Source of the DNA: an uncultured virus (IMG/VR IMGVR_UViG_3300006120_000013)
Taxonomy: Duplodnaviria; Heunggongvirae; Uroviricota; Caudoviricetes
IMG/VR virus record: IMGVR_UViG_3300006120_000013
DNA length: 64,000 nucleotides
Reading direction: 5' to 3' (one strand)
In this document: positions 9,328-18,858 of the stretch, piece by piece
Position numbering within the stretch: the stretch's first letter is position 1
Layout of the letters: each line of letters starts with the position of its first letter
Translations under genes and position numbers: made by a program
Notes under the pieces: generated by a model
What the model was told of the DNA's origin: nothing
The model's database searches: none
What the model saw: the letters and a program-made list of their open reading frames with translations, nothing else

Positions 9328-10406
9328 GCATTCTTAGTTCTTTCAATTGTTTCATCATCAAAATGATGTAATGATTTACTAAATCTACCGCAATTTCTCA
9401 CACAAGTTATTAACTTTTTATTATTTTCAAATATATATTCTTTAAAAAATTGATTCCATTCTTCAGAATTCATAATTTCTTTAATTGATGATTTTGTAGC
9501 GTCAAGTGTTTTAAATGTATTAAAAAAATCTTGATTTTCTTTACATGAAATTTTACGAAAGGGATCAAGCATATCATTATAAACAGGACTAGTAAAAGAA
9601 GTTTGACCAAGAAATCCACAAGGATAAACTTTTTTAACTGCATCGATATAAATGAATTGCCATTCAGTAGCTATACATTTAATTGTTGCTTCTTCAAGAT
9701 AATCATGATAATTTTCTATTATTTCTTTAGTTATGCAGTCAGCAGTAGTATCAGTTGGTGGTTCTAAATAATAAAGATTATTACCATTCTTATCAACAAC
9801 TTTATATGGTTCATTATCTACATATCTAGAAGTATCTTTAACAGAAAAACTTTCAAAACCTAATTGTTTTGATAATTCTCTGCATTCATCGACTTGATGT
9901 TGATTGTGTTTAAATCTTATAAACTCCCAACTAGTATTTCCTCCAACATCGATAAATGCTTTAGCATTACTGATAATTTTGTTCCAATCTGTTCCAATCC
10001 TGTATATTTTATGTGTATCTTCTAATCCGTCTATTCCAAAAAGAACTTGATGATTTGTTGGCATATAATTTATAAGATTTTTCCACCATTGTTCTTTAAA
10101 AATGCTACCATTAGTAAAAACTTGTACAGATATATTAGGATTTGATTCTTTAATATATTCAAGCATATATGGTAAATCTTTATTAATAACTGGATCACCA
10201 TAATGACCACAGAACATAATATGTTTAATCTGATTAATAACTTCAGTATTGAGAATTATTTTAAAATCTTCTAAAGACCAATCAGATAAAACAAAATTTG
10301 AATTTTTTAATCCTCCATATACATTTCGAACACACATAGGACACGATGCTTGACATCTACTAGTTATTTCAAGATGTAATGCCTTTAACTTATCAAAAGT
10401 AAACAT
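9324..10406 (-). CDS. Radical SAM protein with C-terminal SPASM/twitch-like Cys domain
   Basis: CxxxCxxC (CQASCPMC), GDP, TNGS, FGIDG, KC...VYPC, C-terminal CVRNC. Confidence 0.9.
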   Translation of the reverse strand: MFTFDKLKALHLEITSRCQASCPMCVRNVYGGLKNSNFVLSDWSLEDFKIILNTEVINQIKHIMFCGHYGDPVINKDLPYMLEYIKESNPNISVQVFTNGSIFKEQWWKNLINYMPTNHQVLFGIDGLEDTHKIYRIGTDWNKIISNAKAFIDVGGNTSWEFIRFKHNQHQVDECRELSKQLGFESFSVKDTSRYVDNEPYKVVDKNGNNLYYLEPPTDTTADCITKEIIENYHDYLEEATIKCIATEWQFIYIDAVKKVYPCGFLGQTSFTSPVYNDMLDPFRKISCKENQDFFNTFKTLDATKSSIKEIMNSEEWNQFFKEYIFENNKKLITCVRNCGRFSKSLHHFDDETIERTKNA

Positions 10407-10925
10407 TTAAATCTTCCAACGATCCCACCAGCCATGAATTCCTTTTCTTCCTTCAATTGATGTTATTAATTCTGATTTACCGCCATTAAGACTTAGAACA
10501 AAATTTACAACATCGTCTGGGCGTAATGGCTTATTATCAGGTATTGGCATTCCTGCTTTGTGAAATACATGAGCAACATAATGTGAACAAATTTCACTAT
10601 CATATATATGAGGGTTCATATTGAACCCAACACGTAATGCATCAACAAAATGATACATTCTTCCTAATTTACGAACAGCACATCCTTCAACTTCATCTGT
10701 CCATTTAATTCCTGTAGGAATAACTACCACAGGTAAGTCTTCTTGGAGTAATCTTACACGAACACCACTATTCCATATTGCTTCTAGAACATAATATCTT
10801 CTATGGAATTTCCATAAAATTCCAACATGACTAAATTCGCTTCTTGTAAATTTAGTTATTATATGTCCAACTAAACTAGTAGGTCGCCAGGCTAACAACG
10901 AACCGCTTGGATATTGTGAGATCAT
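10407..10925 (-). CDS. Permuted papain-like amidase (YiiX/YaeF, C92-like)
   Basis: FSHVGI (His) precedes ICSHYV (Cys), with LEA and C-terminal P.D: permuted NlpC/P60 order. Confidence 0.75.
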   Translation of the reverse strand: MISQYPSGSLLAWRPTSLVGHIITKFTRSEFSHVGILWKFHRRYYVLEAIWNSGVRVRLLQEDLPVVVIPTGIKWTDEVEGCAVRKLGRMYHFVDALRVGFNMNPHIYDSEICSHYVAHVFHKAGMPIPDNKPLRPDDVVNFVLSLNGGKSELITSIEGRKGIHGWWDRWKI

Positions 10926-11515
10926 TATTTTTTTCCTATTAACATATACCTTGTATATTTTGGTAATTCCTTTTCACCTGCCCAAAGAACGTTAATGTGA
11001 CTCTGATCTCTAAAATCCTCTAAGGAGTTTGCAATCCGTACGTGTTCCGGAATGACATAATTGTTACTCTGTAATACTAATATACTATCTTTAGGCATAT
11101 TATTCAACCACGTTTCGTAGTCTGCCTGTGTAATGTGTTCACAAGAGGTATTAATTATAACCTCTGCATTAGTATTTACGTCAATCATGTTAGAAGTTAC
11201 TGCTGTAAATCTACCCTCTATTTCTTCTAACTTATTCATAGTGTATGCTGTGACTTCACACTCTGGATCTAAATCAAGAGATGTTATTCTGCTAATAGGA
11301 ATTCCCGACTGGAATAATAAACTTGCTAATACACCAACCCAGCCGCCGTGAATATCTATTCTAACAGATTTTTTAATAAACGGTCTTAAATTTTCAATTA
11401 ACCAAAGTTTTGAGTTAATTTGACCTTTCCAAAATGCTTCTAATGTTCTATTTTGATCTTTACTATTACGTATAGCATCCATCCAAAAAAGAATATGATC
11501 AACGTTCAAATTCAT
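10925..11515 (-). CDS. Class I SAM-dependent methyltransferase-like protein
   Basis: IHGGWVGVL glycine-rich motif, SLDLD, INTSCEH, LQSNN. Confidence 0.75.
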   Translation of the reverse strand: MNLNVDHILFWMDAIRNSKDQNRTLEAFWKGQINSKLWLIENLRPFIKKSVRIDIHGGWVGVLASLLFQSGIPISRITSLDLDPECEVTAYTMNKLEEIEGRFTAVTSNMIDVNTNAEVIINTSCEHITQADYETWLNNMPKDSILVLQSNNYVIPEHVRIANSLEDFRDQSHINVLWAGEKELPKYTRYMLIGKK

Positions 11516-13112
11516 CTTTTAACCATTTCCAATCATTAATATTTTTTAACATCTGCTCATCGTTAGCATATTTAGATCCAAACTCTTTTCCTGCTATTGC
11601 TCCGTTAATAGCAAACTCGCCAAATGGCTTATCTATTCCAATATTACACCAAATTTCAAGTCTTCTTTGAGATTCTTCGTCAACTTGACCTTGTATAATT
11701 TTACTAGAAAGTTTTACACATTCTCTAAATGCTGACTTCCATGTATTAAATGGATCTGTATTAAATATTGTAACATTACTAACCTTATTAACTGATATGA
11801 ATTTTTTACTAATAGAAGTTGTCATATCGACTGTATTAATATTCATTTCTATTACTGCTTGTGTAGGTAATAATTTTACACCACCATATCCATATATAAG
11901 ATTGTTTACAGAATTTCTACTTTTAAAAACATATACTGCATCTCTATCCCAAATTGGAACTTCCATATAAAAATTAAAATCATCTTCTATAATGGCATCA
12001 CCGTCAACTGCCCAAAACATACTAGTTTGGCACATTTTTGCTGCCTCAACGTGAGCATTATGAATTCCTTTAATCCCCTGAACTCTCTTTGCTCTAGGAA
12101 ATTTTTCTTTTAATTTTTTATAATTTTCATCTGCATTTGGTTCGTTGTAACTTATAAAAACAATATCAAAACACAAATAACTACATTCTATGTCAATTTC
12201 TTTTTTATTAATAAAAAAACTGTATTCTGCTTCTTTTTGTGTAATATTATATTTTTTAGGTATTAGATATAATCCACCGTAATCTCCAGTTTTATTTTTA
12301 AAAACATGTACATATTCTTTATCATACTCAGGAACTATATAATCTAATTCAAAAGTAGGAATATAATCTTTGTCGATAGCATAAAACATTGTAGTTTTAC
12401 AATATTTTTGTGCTTCAAAATAATCATCTGGGGTTGTTATCACAAATCTATCATAATTCAATTTACTTGCTACGATATCAATTTCTTTTTTATTAACAAA
12501 GAAATTATATTGTGCTTCTTTTTGTGTAATATTATATCTTTTTGGAATCAGATACACACCCTTATATTCATTATGATCTTCCTTAAAGATATGAACATAC
12601 TTTTGATCCCAATCTGGAACTATATAATCATTCTCAAATGTAGATTCATAATCTTTGTCGATAGCATAAAACATTTTAGTCTTACATTTTTTTTGTGCTT
12701 CAAAATAATCATCTGGGGTTGTTATCACAAATCTATTGTATGGAAGATAATATCCTGCTACAATATCGATTTCTTTTTTATTGACAAAGAAATTATATTC
12801 TGCTTCCCTTTTTGTAATATTATATTTTTTAGGTATTAAATAAACACCTGTATATTCTTCTGTTCTATCTTTGAATATATGGACGTATTTTTCATCCCAT
12901 TCTGGAATTATATAATCAAACTTAAAATTATTTTCTATTTCAAATCCTTCACTTATTATCCAAAAAAACTTAGACATAGATTTTTTTTGTGCTACAAAAA
13001 ATGCTTCCCAAGATTTATCTTCATAATTAGCAAGTTTTAATAAAGGAAATTTTTCCTGTAATTTTAAAAATCCATAATCTTTTTCTTTAGATATATAAAA
13101 AATATCATACAT
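11499..13112 (-). CDS. Glycosyltransferase-like protein (GT-A) with three tandem N-terminal ~95-aa repeats
   Basis: C-terminal domain DIVFISYNEPNAD...AH..AA...WAVDGD (DxD)...YGYGGVKL...AFRECVKL; N-terminal repeats visible in protein and DNA. Confidence 0.75.
   Translation of the reverse strand: MYDIFYISKEKDYGFLKLQEKFPLLKLANYEDKSWEAFFVAQKKSMSKFFWIISEGFEIENNFKFDYIIPEWDEKYVHIFKDRTEEYTGVYLIPKKYNITKREAEYNFFVNKKEIDIVAGYYLPYNRFVITTPDDYFEAQKKCKTKMFYAIDKDYESTFENDYIVPDWDQKYVHIFKEDHNEYKGVYLIPKRYNITQKEAQYNFFVNKKEIDIVASKLNYDRFVITTPDDYFEAQKYCKTTMFYAIDKDYIPTFELDYIVPEYDKEYVHVFKNKTGDYGGLYLIPKKYNITQKEAEYSFFINKKEIDIECSYLCFDIVFISYNEPNADENYKKLKEKFPRAKRVQGIKGIHNAHVEAAKMCQTSMFWAVDGDAIIEDDFNFYMEVPIWDRDAVYVFKSRNSVNNLIYGYGGVKLLPTQAVIEMNINTVDMTTSISKKFISVNKVSNVTIFNTDPFNTWKSAFRECVKLSSKIIQGQVDEESQRRLEIWCNIGIDKPFGEFAINGAIAGKEFGSKYANDEQMLKNINDWKWLKDEFER
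12405..12736. repeat. Intragenic direct repeat, 285-nt period
   Basis: 47 identical bp at 12405-12451 and 12690-12736 (TTTTTGTGCTTCAAAATAATC...CACAAATCTAT). Confidence 0.9.
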
Positions 13113-13114
13113 TA

Positions 13115-14011
13115 CTAGCGTTTTCTTCCAATAATTCTAGGTGTATTTTGATACACTCTCTTAAAAAACTTTGAAGCATTAGAATCCATTTCTGCAATTT
13201 CGAGTTGTAACTCAATTCTTAGACTTTCTCCAATATTAAGAATTTGTTCGTCTATATTATCATTGTTGATTTTAGGTTCTATTTCTTCTTTCCAGTAATT
13301 TGTAAGATATTTAAAATCTCTTACATTGATATAATCCCATTTTGTACAATTAGTTTTATAACAACCTAAACGAGATCCATAGATTGCCCATTTACCATTT
13401 TTAACATCAGCACCAACACTCATCCATATTAATAATCTTTGATAATTTTGCCACCAAACACTTTGTATATCATTTGTTCTTTGAGCTCTATTAAGACTCA
13501 TTTTTACACCTTCTCTAAACCCTGCTCTCCAGGCTTGAAAAGGTGAACCGTTTATATAACTTGTTGAGTAATGTTGATTAAATTGATAATAACGCGGATC
13601 AAAACAAAATTCTAAAACACTTTCTTGATCATTAGGATCTGAATTTTCATGAGTTTTCATATTAAGAACAAAATCTTTTGTCCAGCATTTTAATCCACCG
13701 TTACCATATATAAGACCATTAACTGCATTTTTTCCTGCCCACGAAAACACATAATCTTTATTCTTATCATCTATCTCTATTTCTTGAGTATAAAATTCAG
13801 GATCTACAATATTATCACCATCAACAGTAATAAATCTATCTGTTTCGCTTAAATTGGCGGCGGCTTTGTGAGCAGCATCGCTTCCATCTACACCATGTAC
13901 TCTTTTAGCCCAAGGCAATATGTTAAGCAATTCTGAATAATGCTTATCTGCATTAGGTTCATCATAACTTATAAAAATTGTATCGATTTCATGAAGAACT
14001 AATTTTGTCAT
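13115..14011 (-). CDS. Glycosyltransferase-like protein (paralogue of the catalytic domain of 11499-13112)
   Basis: IFISYDEPNAD, AHKAAA, TVDGD (DxD), YGNGGLK, AGFREGVKM. Confidence 0.75.
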   Translation of the reverse strand: MTKLVLHEIDTIFISYDEPNADKHYSELLNILPWAKRVHGVDGSDAAHKAAANLSETDRFITVDGDNIVDPEFYTQEIEIDDKNKDYVFSWAGKNAVNGLIYGNGGLKCWTKDFVLNMKTHENSDPNDQESVLEFCFDPRYYQFNQHYSTSYINGSPFQAWRAGFREGVKMSLNRAQRTNDIQSVWWQNYQRLLIWMSVGADVKNGKWAIYGSRLGCYKTNCTKWDYINVRDFKYLTNYWKEEIEPKINNDNIDEQILNIGESLRIELQLEIAEMDSNASKFFKRVYQNTPRIIGRKR

Positions 14012-14672
14012 CTCTTATATCCACATGTAAATAATTTTGAAAATATCTTATTGAAAAAATTGTTACGTCTTCACCATTAAATCTATCTATAGTTTTGTCA
14101 TTATTAGCTCGATCTTTAAAATTTATAATATAATAGTCAGTATCGTTTGTTAAATCGTCTAAAGTAAGATTTAAAGTTTTATATAAAATATTAGGATCGT
14201 ATGGTGCTGTAACATATAAAGATATTTTATAGAATCCCATACTCTGATTCTTATATTTTAATTTGTTTTCATCTGACAATTTAATTCTAAATTCTCCTTT
14301 TATATTATCTTGTTCAATCAATAAATCAAAGGATTCTTCAATTTTTTTGTCTTCTTTACTTTTAATTTTGGGCAATTCGTAGATAAAATCATCGATTCTA
14401 GTTAAAGATAAATCCTCAGGAACACAAGATTCTATTTTAGATTTACCATCTTCAACTACAACTCGATAATTTGCTATATTAAATTTTTGTAAAGGCTCAG
14501 TTAAATCTTTTTCTTCAAGAATAACAAAAGGAAAAGGATCGGTAGAATCTAAATAATTCCTAAAATTAATTATTTTACCAGAAGAAACCTCGTAATGAAC
14601 ATAAAAGGATGGTCTTTTATTAAGTGCTTCTTCTTGCTTTCTTAAATATTCAAAAATTTCTTCTTCTGTCAT
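13989..14672 (-). CDS. Hypothetical protein
   Basis: Likely ATG at 14672 (ATGA overlap with the upstream stop); no recognisable motif. Confidence 0.65.
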   Translation of the reverse strand: MTEEEIFEYLRKQEEALNKRPSFYVHYEVSSGKIINFRNYLDSTDPFPFVILEEKDLTEPLQKFNIANYRVVVEDGKSKIESCVPEDLSLTRIDDFIYELPKIKSKEDKKIEESFDLLIEQDNIKGEFRIKLSDENKLKYKNQSMGFYKISLYVTAPYDPNILYKTLNLTLDDLTNDTDYYIINFKDRANNDKTIDRFNGEDVTIFSIRYFQNYLHVDIRDDKISSS

Positions 14673-15529
14673 TTTGAATCCCAAATATTTAATATTTTTT
14701 CATATTTTAAAATTCTATCATCATTTAAAAAATTCTTTTCTGTATAATGAAAGATACCTGTTTGCTGATAGTTTCCAATTTTTAATCGGCAATCATCATT
14801 AAAATAAGATCCAACATCATTTGTCCACTTTTCAGTACAAATACTCCATTTTTGATCATGACTTTTCATATGAGTAAATGTAGGATAATCTAAACTAGAA
14901 AATACTTCATTCTCTATGCCTAAAATCTTTACTGCTAATGCAAAAGCCACATCAATACTAAGACGAACAGGTTTTGCTTCTTTTAAAAATCTATTATAAC
15001 AGTTTTTCCAATCTTTAACAATTAATTCAACCAATTCCCAAAACTGTTTTGACAATTCTGTTTTTTTAAAATAAGTGAATGCGCTATAGCAATTAGGAAG
15101 ATCGTTTTTAAAAAATGTTTCTCTATAATAAGAATTTGTTATTAATTCATTTCTATATGTAAAAACTTTATCTGTAATGAGTAAATCAAAATTTTTACCC
15201 ATATAACTCCACCACTGACTAACATCCGACAAAAATAGCATATCAGAATCTAATATTACTGTTTCTTCGTATGGAGATATATGATATAATTTCCATCGAT
15301 TTTCTATTTTCCATTCAGAATTAAAAGCATCATCGTACCATTTGATAGGTAAAACTTGATCAAAAACATTATAATAATGTTTAGGAACAGCATCGGGGAT
15401 ATCAGTAACTAAAGTTATTTTATTAATTTTAGATTGTGTTAATTTAATAGACATAGCCAATGCATATGCCATTTTAACATAATCATCAACTCCGTTATTT
15501 TGTGCAAGAACTAAGTATCCTTTATCCAT
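14669..15529 (-). CDS. Glycosyltransferase-like protein (GT8/mannosyltransferase-like)
   Basis: SPYEETVILDSDMLF (DxD), YSAFTYFKK, D.AFA, FHY. Confidence 0.75.
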   Translation of the reverse strand: MDKGYLVLAQNNGVDDYVKMAYALAMSIKLTQSKINKITLVTDIPDAVPKHYYNVFDQVLPIKWYDDAFNSEWKIENRWKLYHISPYEETVILDSDMLFLSDVSQWWSYMGKNFDLLITDKVFTYRNELITNSYYRETFFKNDLPNCYSAFTYFKKTELSKQFWELVELIVKDWKNCYNRFLKEAKPVRLSIDVAFALAVKILGIENEVFSSLDYPTFTHMKSHDQKWSICTEKWTNDVGSYFNDDCRLKIGNYQQTGIFHYTEKNFLNDDRILKYEKILNIWDSK

Positions 15530-16409
15530 TAATTACCTCTAGCAATTTTTCTTCATGTCTACCAATACTAAATTTATTCATTATATGAACATTTTGATTA
15601 TTCGTTTTTGCTAATGTATATTCACCAAGATGCTGTTTCTTTTGAACTAAAAAAATAAAAGATTTATCGTTATCAACTCTTATTAATTCATCTCTATCTA
15701 ATGTATAATAAATTTCACATGGCAACGATGATGGATTTATCTTATTATTAAATCCTCCCATTATATGGATTGCTATACTAAACACATAATCATTACGGAG
15801 TAAAGGAGCAGTTATTCTATAAGCAAATCGATAATATTCATAATTTTCTACAATATGTTGACATAACCCAAAAAACGTTTTTGTCCACAAATTCTTTTTA
15901 AAGTAAAATGCCGTGGCCCAAAAGAAATCAATTCCTTGATCGCTGACTCTATCAAATTCAACAGCATTTCTATCATTTGCTAAATCATAAGATATTCTAT
16001 TAATCATAAAATCTTCATCTGAATCCCAAACATTATTAAGACGATCATTGACTATTAATAAATCTACATCTATAACTAAGGTTTGATCATAAGGAGTTAA
16101 TTCATATGCCCAAGCTCTGTGTGCATTTTTAAAATCTGCTTTTTTAAAGTCTAAAGATCCATCATAATATCTTCTATGTTGGTTAACATTAATATTCAAT
16201 TCACTTGTTAAAATTATTTTATCAAATATTTTTTCTAAATCTAACTTATCTTCTTCTTTCATCCACCCTAATGTTCCTTCATTGGTTACTAAACTAATTG
16301 GAACATTTAAATTCTTCTTAACAAAGTGAGCAGAAATATATGCCATTTTGCCATAATCTATTTGAGAATTATTATATGCAAAAAACAATACACCTTTACT
16401 CATTTTCAA
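15522..16409 (-). CDS. Glycosyltransferase-like protein (paralogue of 14669-15529)
   Basis: TPYDQTLVIDVDLLI (DxD), WATAFYFKK, RNDYVFSIA. Confidence 0.75.
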   Translation of the reverse strand: MKMSKGVLFFAYNNSQIDYGKMAYISAHFVKKNLNVPISLVTNEGTLGWMKEEDKLDLEKIFDKIILTSELNINVNQHRRYYDGSLDFKKADFKNAHRAWAYELTPYDQTLVIDVDLLIVNDRLNNVWDSDEDFMINRISYDLANDRNAVEFDRVSDQGIDFFWATAFYFKKNLWTKTFFGLCQHIVENYEYYRFAYRITAPLLRNDYVFSIAIHIMGGFNNKINPSSLPCEIYYTLDRDELIRVDNDKSFIFLVQKKQHLGEYTLAKTNNQNVHIMNKFSIGRHEEKLLEVING

Positions 16410-16755
16410 TATCCATAATTTTTGCTATCGATCTCTTAGATTTTATCTCTATGTATTGATGATAATAAGAGTTTGTAGCCTCAACATAGATAGAAAAAAT
16501 ATTGTCTAAAAATAATTTAACATCGCTTATCATAAAAGGATTTTCAAAATCATCTAATATAACAATATCTTCAGAATGTCCTAAAGTAACTAGAGTTGAT
16601 AAAAAATTAATTAATTCTCTATTAACTGTAAATCTGTGTCCAGATTCGTGATATAAACAATTTTCTTTAAATTCTTGTTTTAATAAATCTCTTTGAGTTC
16701 CAAAAGTTACCATTAAATTGGCTACATCGAGTGCTTTTTTTAGACGATCGTCCAT
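16396..16755 (-). CDS. Hypothetical phage protein
   Basis: SD GGAG upstream; extended -10 TGcTATAAT (16787-16779) overlapping an ATAAGTA late-like motif. Confidence 0.75.
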   Translation of the reverse strand: MDDRLKKALDVANLMVTFGTQRDLLKQEFKENCLYHESGHRFTVNRELINFLSTLVTLGHSEDIVILDDFENPFMISDVKLFLDNIFSIYVEATNSYYHQYIEIKSKRSIAKIMDIENE

Positions 16756-16812
16756 AGATATTCTCCAACGTACTACTTATTATAGCATCAGTTAATATAA
16801 AAAAATATCGAA

Positions 16813-17775
16813 TTATGATCCAGATGTTAAACTTGTCGTTGTAGTAGGAGTTGGCGCTGTAACATTAACATTTGTTCCAGATGGCCTATACATACGAACT
16901 GTATTTGTAACTGTTCCTGTTACATATTCATCTATACCAAATGGAGGATGCAAAGTAGTCTTTTTGTCTTGAAGATATAATTTAAGATAAAGATATCTTG
17001 CTCCACCATTAGTATTACTAGCCACATCACACGATACTGTAAATTTCATATCGTTAGTAGCATACATTGATGCTCCATTAATTTGTCCACCAGATCTAAT
17101 ATAAATTTGTTGTTCGGTATTTGTTAATTGATAAAAACCAATAGAACTTACTTGAGTTCCAGATAATGAAAAGTTCTTATAACTAAAAGAAAATGTTCCA
17201 ACATTTATAACAGCATTCCAGTCGTTATTAATTAAAGTTGACGATGATGGAGAAAAAGAAGGAGTAATGTTTATAACACCTCCTGCATTAAAAAAATATC
17301 TAGCATTATCTGCTGATCCAAAATCTAAAGTAAAGAAATGATCAATTTCTACGTTCCATTGAGTCGTTCTACTTGATGTTAATAACGATTCATCGGAATA
17401 TTGTCCTGCTGCTATTTTATATATATTTGATGAATTAGTTACTACCGTCAATGCATTTTGCAATGCAGTAACATCTGTAGCAGAAACTTTGGTTGTAGTA
17501 GTTATTGTAGGTAAAGTAGGTATAGAAGTTAGAGTTCCTGATGTCCAACTAGGATTTTGAAGTAACCCTTGATGACCTGCTAATTTTAATAAATCAGTTT
17601 TTATATTTGCCCAATGAACCTGTCTAATTTTGTTTATTGTAGCTACAGATGTTGGAGACATAGTTAATGTTTGTCCGTATCCAGAACTTCCTGATCCTGT
17701 ACCTAAAACAGTATTAAGGGGTGTGTAAAAAGCATTATAATCAGCCGCTTTTATTTTTGAACTTTTAGTTGCCAT
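16813..17775 (-). CDS. Putative virion structural protein
   Basis: Ser/Thr/Gly-rich; GYGQT, ARYFFNAGG and IGFYQLTN shared with the adjacent paralogue. Confidence 0.7.
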   Translation of the reverse strand: MATKSSKIKAADYNAFYTPLNTVLGTGSGSSGYGQTLTMSPTSVATINKIRQVHWANIKTDLLKLAGHQGLLQNPSWTSGTLTSIPTLPTITTTTKVSATDVTALQNALTVVTNSSNIYKIAAGQYSDESLLTSSRTTQWNVEIDHFFTLDFGSADNARYFFNAGGVINITPSFSPSSSTLINNDWNAVINVGTFSFSYKNFSLSGTQVSSIGFYQLTNTEQQIYIRSGGQINGASMYATNDMKFTVSCDVASNTNGGARYLYLKLYLQDKKTTLHPPFGIDEYVTGTVTNTVRMYRPSGTNVNVTAPTPTTTTSLTSGS

Positions 17776-17830
17776 GATGATACCTATCTTTCTAATAATT
17801 TATCTCTAAGAAAGCAGGTGAGTAATTTTT

Positions 17831-18841
17831 TTAGATATTTGTTAATATTCTAGTATTAAATCCAGTAGGAGCAACAACATTAACATTTGATCCAGATGCT
17901 CTACGAATAGAAACATTGCTTGTTAATGTTCCATCAACCCAATCTTTGTGGTAGTAGTGAGTTACTTTAGAACTATGAGCATCATCAAAATATATAGTCA
18001 CATAAATTTTACTTGCTCCGCCATTGGAATTATTTTCAATATCACAAGACATTGTTACATAGTAATGATTTACTGAGTAATGAGAACTATATGTAGAATC
18101 TCCTGCCATAGTAAAAACTGTTTGTGCATTATTAGTTAATTGATAAAAACCAATAGAACTTCCAGATCCTACACTATTGCTACTTGTACAAGAACTATGA
18201 TCAAAAATTATAGTTCCCATGTTATTTAATGTTCTTGTCCAAGACAAATTCTGCTGAGAAACTCTGCCACCTGTTCTAGATGCAGAAAGTCTTAAACTAC
18301 TGCCACTGTTGAAAAAATATCTAGCTGCTTGTGGATTTCTAAAATCTATTGTAAAAGCATGTCTAACAGTTTCTCCACCATACAATTGTGCTGATTTATA
18401 AGAACTATTATTTCCCCAAGGAAGAACTCTATTATTTGACAAATCTGGTGACAATAATTCATCTGAATATTGACCTGAACCTAGTAAAAATCTATTTGTA
18501 GATAGAAAATTTAAACAACTTTGATAGGCTTGAAGATGACTTGCTAAAATAATATCGTGCTGATTAATTGTTGGAAGATTAGTAATATGAGAATCATTTT
18601 GAAGACCACAGTGTGTTGCTACTTTAATAATATCAGATTTTAATTTAGCAATTTGAACTGCTTTTACTTCATCTACAACACTTGTAACTTGACCACTCAA
18701 AAGAGTTTGCCCATAACCATAAGTTGCAGCAATTGGATCATTCGGATAATTAGTAACTTGATCTCCTAATATCCTAGAAAGAAATGATTGTAAGTCATCG
18801 AAATCAGTTGATCTAATTAGTGCGCCTGTAGTTGTGGTCAT
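17831..18841 (-). CDS. Putative virion structural protein (paralogue of 16813-17775)
   Basis: YGYGQT, ARYFFNSG, IGFYQLTN, SCD...N.NGGA, SG.NVNV.APT. Confidence 0.7.
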   Translation of the reverse strand: MTTTTGALIRSTDFDDLQSFLSRILGDQVTNYPNDPIAATYGYGQTLLSGQVTSVVDEVKAVQIAKLKSDIIKVATHCGLQNDSHITNLPTINQHDIILASHLQAYQSCLNFLSTNRFLLGSGQYSDELLSPDLSNNRVLPWGNNSSYKSAQLYGGETVRHAFTIDFRNPQAARYFFNSGSSLRLSASRTGGRVSQQNLSWTRTLNNMGTIIFDHSSCTSSNSVGSGSSIGFYQLTNNAQTVFTMAGDSTYSSHYSVNHYYVTMSCDIENNSNGGASKIYVTIYFDDAHSSKVTHYYHKDWVDGTLTSNVSIRRASGSNVNVVAPTGFNTRILTNI

Positions 18842-18858
18842 ATTTTACATCCCCAATA

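Noticed and set aside
9324..10406. Radical SAM protein as QueE partner of the QueC-like gene
   Set aside because: At 360 aa with a C-terminal SPASM/twitch-like Cys domain it is unlike the short QueE, and no QueD/FolE is nearby.
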